Positions 63,036 to 64,000 of a DNA stretch of 64,000 nt are shown piece by piece. Source of the DNA: a virus (lineage: Duplodnaviria > Heunggongvirae > Uroviricota > Caudoviricetes); the IMG/VR virus record IMGVR_UViG_3300037743_000091; one strand, written 5' to 3'. The first letter of the stretch is position 1. Every line of letters starts with the position of its first letter. Under the pieces are notes generated by a model. It saw nothing but the letters and a program-made list of their open reading frames with translations. It did no database searches and was not told the DNA's origin. The translations under genes and the position numbers were made by a program.

Positions 63036-63194
63036 ATGAGCAACTACAGCAAGGGAACCGTGATCCAGGTGGCCCCGAAGGGTGGCGGTCCGTTCGTCGA
63101 GCACGGGGTTAGCAAGGACAACGGCAAGTCCGTCCTGACAACAACGGGCGAGGTGATCATCAAGAACGCCGTTCTGATGCAGGAAAAGAAGTGA
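63036..63194 (+). CDS. Small protein (52 aa)
   Basis: GAGGAGGGGAAG RBS. Confidence 0.4.
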   Translation: MSNYSKGTVIQVAPKGGGPFVEHGVSKDNGKSVLTTTGEVIIKNAVLMQEKK

Positions 63195-63253
63195 GCACCG
63201 GGGGAGGCCCGGAATCGGGTCTCCCCTCCCACTACCCGGAATTGGAGAAAGCA

Positions 63254-63523
63254 ATGAGCATGACCCACGCAGGAATGCGGCACGCGACGAAGACCCGGTC
63301 CCTCAAGGAGGGTGAGCAGGTGTTCACCCTGGCGTACTACTACGGCACCGCACACATTGAGACGGTCGAGATCGTCGCGCATACCCGCTCTGCCGTTGCG
63401 CGCCAGTACGCCAGGCGTAACCGCATGTACCTGGGGCGCAAGCGGATGACGGGACGGGGATGCTGGTTCAAGGTGACCGAGCGTAAGACGGGGCTCCCTG
63501 GTGGTTGGGTCTGGGTCTCGTGA
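63254..63523 (+). CDS. Hypothetical basic protein (89 aa)
   Basis: GGAGAAAG RBS. Arg/Lys-rich C-terminal half. Confidence 0.45.
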   Translation: MSMTHAGMRHATKTRSLKEGEQVFTLAYYYGTAHIETVEIVAHTRSAVARQYARRNRMYLGRKRMTGRGCWFKVTERKTGLPGGWVWVS

Positions 63524-63547
63524 CCCAAAATTAATTGATCCCCTGGG

Positions 63548-63591
63548 TTGCAGCCTGGCCCCGGATAGGGTAATGTTACGTATGTCAGCAC
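63548..63591 (+). promoter_or_regulatory. Conserved promoter/operator element: -35 TTGCAG, 17 bp spacer, -10 TAATGT, then TACGTATGTCAGCAC
   Basis: 27 nt upstream of CCGGAGGAA + ATG 63619. Confidence 0.6.
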
Positions 63592-63618
63592 AACAGGAAC
63601 GAACATCCCGGAGGAATC

Positions 63619-64000
63619 ATGGCTATCAAGGTCAACGGCACCGTTACCCTCGGCCCGAAGACGGCCCGCGTGACCTTTCGCGTGACGGAGATCAGCAGCC
63701 CGCGTCCGATCCCGGGAGGTACGGAATCCCACCAGTTCGTCACCCTCGTTGACGTGCAGGACAGGACTACGTGGCGAGTCACGGTCAAGGAGAACGCCGC
63801 GCGTATCAACTGGAACGTTCGCCGGTTCCGGGTCATGACCGAGGCCGACCACATGCGCGAGATCCGCGAGGAGCAGGCGCGTGTGGCGCAGGAGTTCCCC
63901 TACCTCACCCGAGTCCGCGTGAACGGGCGCCTCGGAGTCGTGCAGGGGGCGTCCAAGTGGATCGACCGCCTGAACGTGAGGTACGAGGATGGCGGGGAGG
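63619..64000 (+). CDS. Hypothetical protein, 3-prime-truncated by the window end
   Basis: Promoter + RBS. ORF continues to the last base. Confidence 0.5.
   Translation, partial: MAIKVNGTVTLGPKTARVTFRVTEISSPRPIPGGTESHQFVTLVDVQDRTTWRVTVKENAARINWNVRRFRVMTEADHMREIREEQARVAQEFPYLTRVRVNGRLGVVQGASKWIDRLNVRYEDGGE

Noticed and set aside
1-64000. CRISPR arrays, transposons or IS elements
   Set aside because: No regularly spaced direct repeats with unique spacers and no transposase-like ORF. The only mobile-type gene is the HNH endonuclease.

Overview
This 64 kb window is a contiguous stretch of a high-GC (about 63%) tailed actinobacteriophage genome, or a prophage of the same kind; no host genes are evident. 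All calls below come from reading the sequence and motifs by eye, with no database searches, and hand-adjusted coordinates may be off by 1-2 nt.

**Layout.**
- The left arm (1-13.4 kb) is transcribed on the minus strand. It carries a replication module: family A DNA polymerase, an SNF2-like helicase and a PrimPol-helicase.
- The same arm carries accessory genes: a sulfotransferase, a GT-B-like glycosyltransferase, a SprT-like protease, a tandem ribbon-helix-helix (RHH) protein and an SPFH/band-7 protein.
- At about 13.45 kb transcription diverges. The rest of the window (13.6-64 kb) is on the plus strand. It begins with a Cas4-like nuclease, a Sak4-like ATPase, a DUF669 protein and a VRR-NUC nuclease.
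- A long run of small early-type genes follows, many encoding Zn-ribbon or membrane proteins, and it contains several functional groups:
  - a lysis cassette in the middle of the region (amidase_2 + PG-binding endolysin, holin-like protein);
  - a HicA-like toxin with a possible HicB-like partner;
  - a polynucleotide kinase/phosphatase, a Pol-beta-type nucleotidyltransferase and two tRNA clusters (4 + 5 tRNAs);
  - a low-GC island with a methyltransferase, an HNH endonuclease and a GT2 glycosyltransferase;
  - two ParB-like nuclease-domain proteins.
- A 7-deazaguanine DNA-modification cluster (ParB-like, DpdA-like TGT, QueC, QueD, QueE, FolE) sits directly upstream of the packaging and head genes.
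- Those are terminase large subunit, portal, MuF-like protein and an S78 prohead-protease fusion.

**Non-coding structure.**
- A roughly 45 bp promoter/operator-like element (-35 TTGCTA, 17 bp spacer, -10 TAATGT, then TACGTACGTCAGCACAAC) recurs about 14 times, always oriented with transcription, 15-35 nt upstream of RBS+start; 10 copies have a recognisable -35, the others keep only the -10/core.
- Two families of conserved hairpin repeats are present.
- GC-rich I-shaped terminators sit back-to-back with promoter copies.
- A pair of about 100 bp elements brackets the divergently transcribed primase/Cas4 module.

No integrase, attP, CRISPR array or major capsid gene was found in the window.
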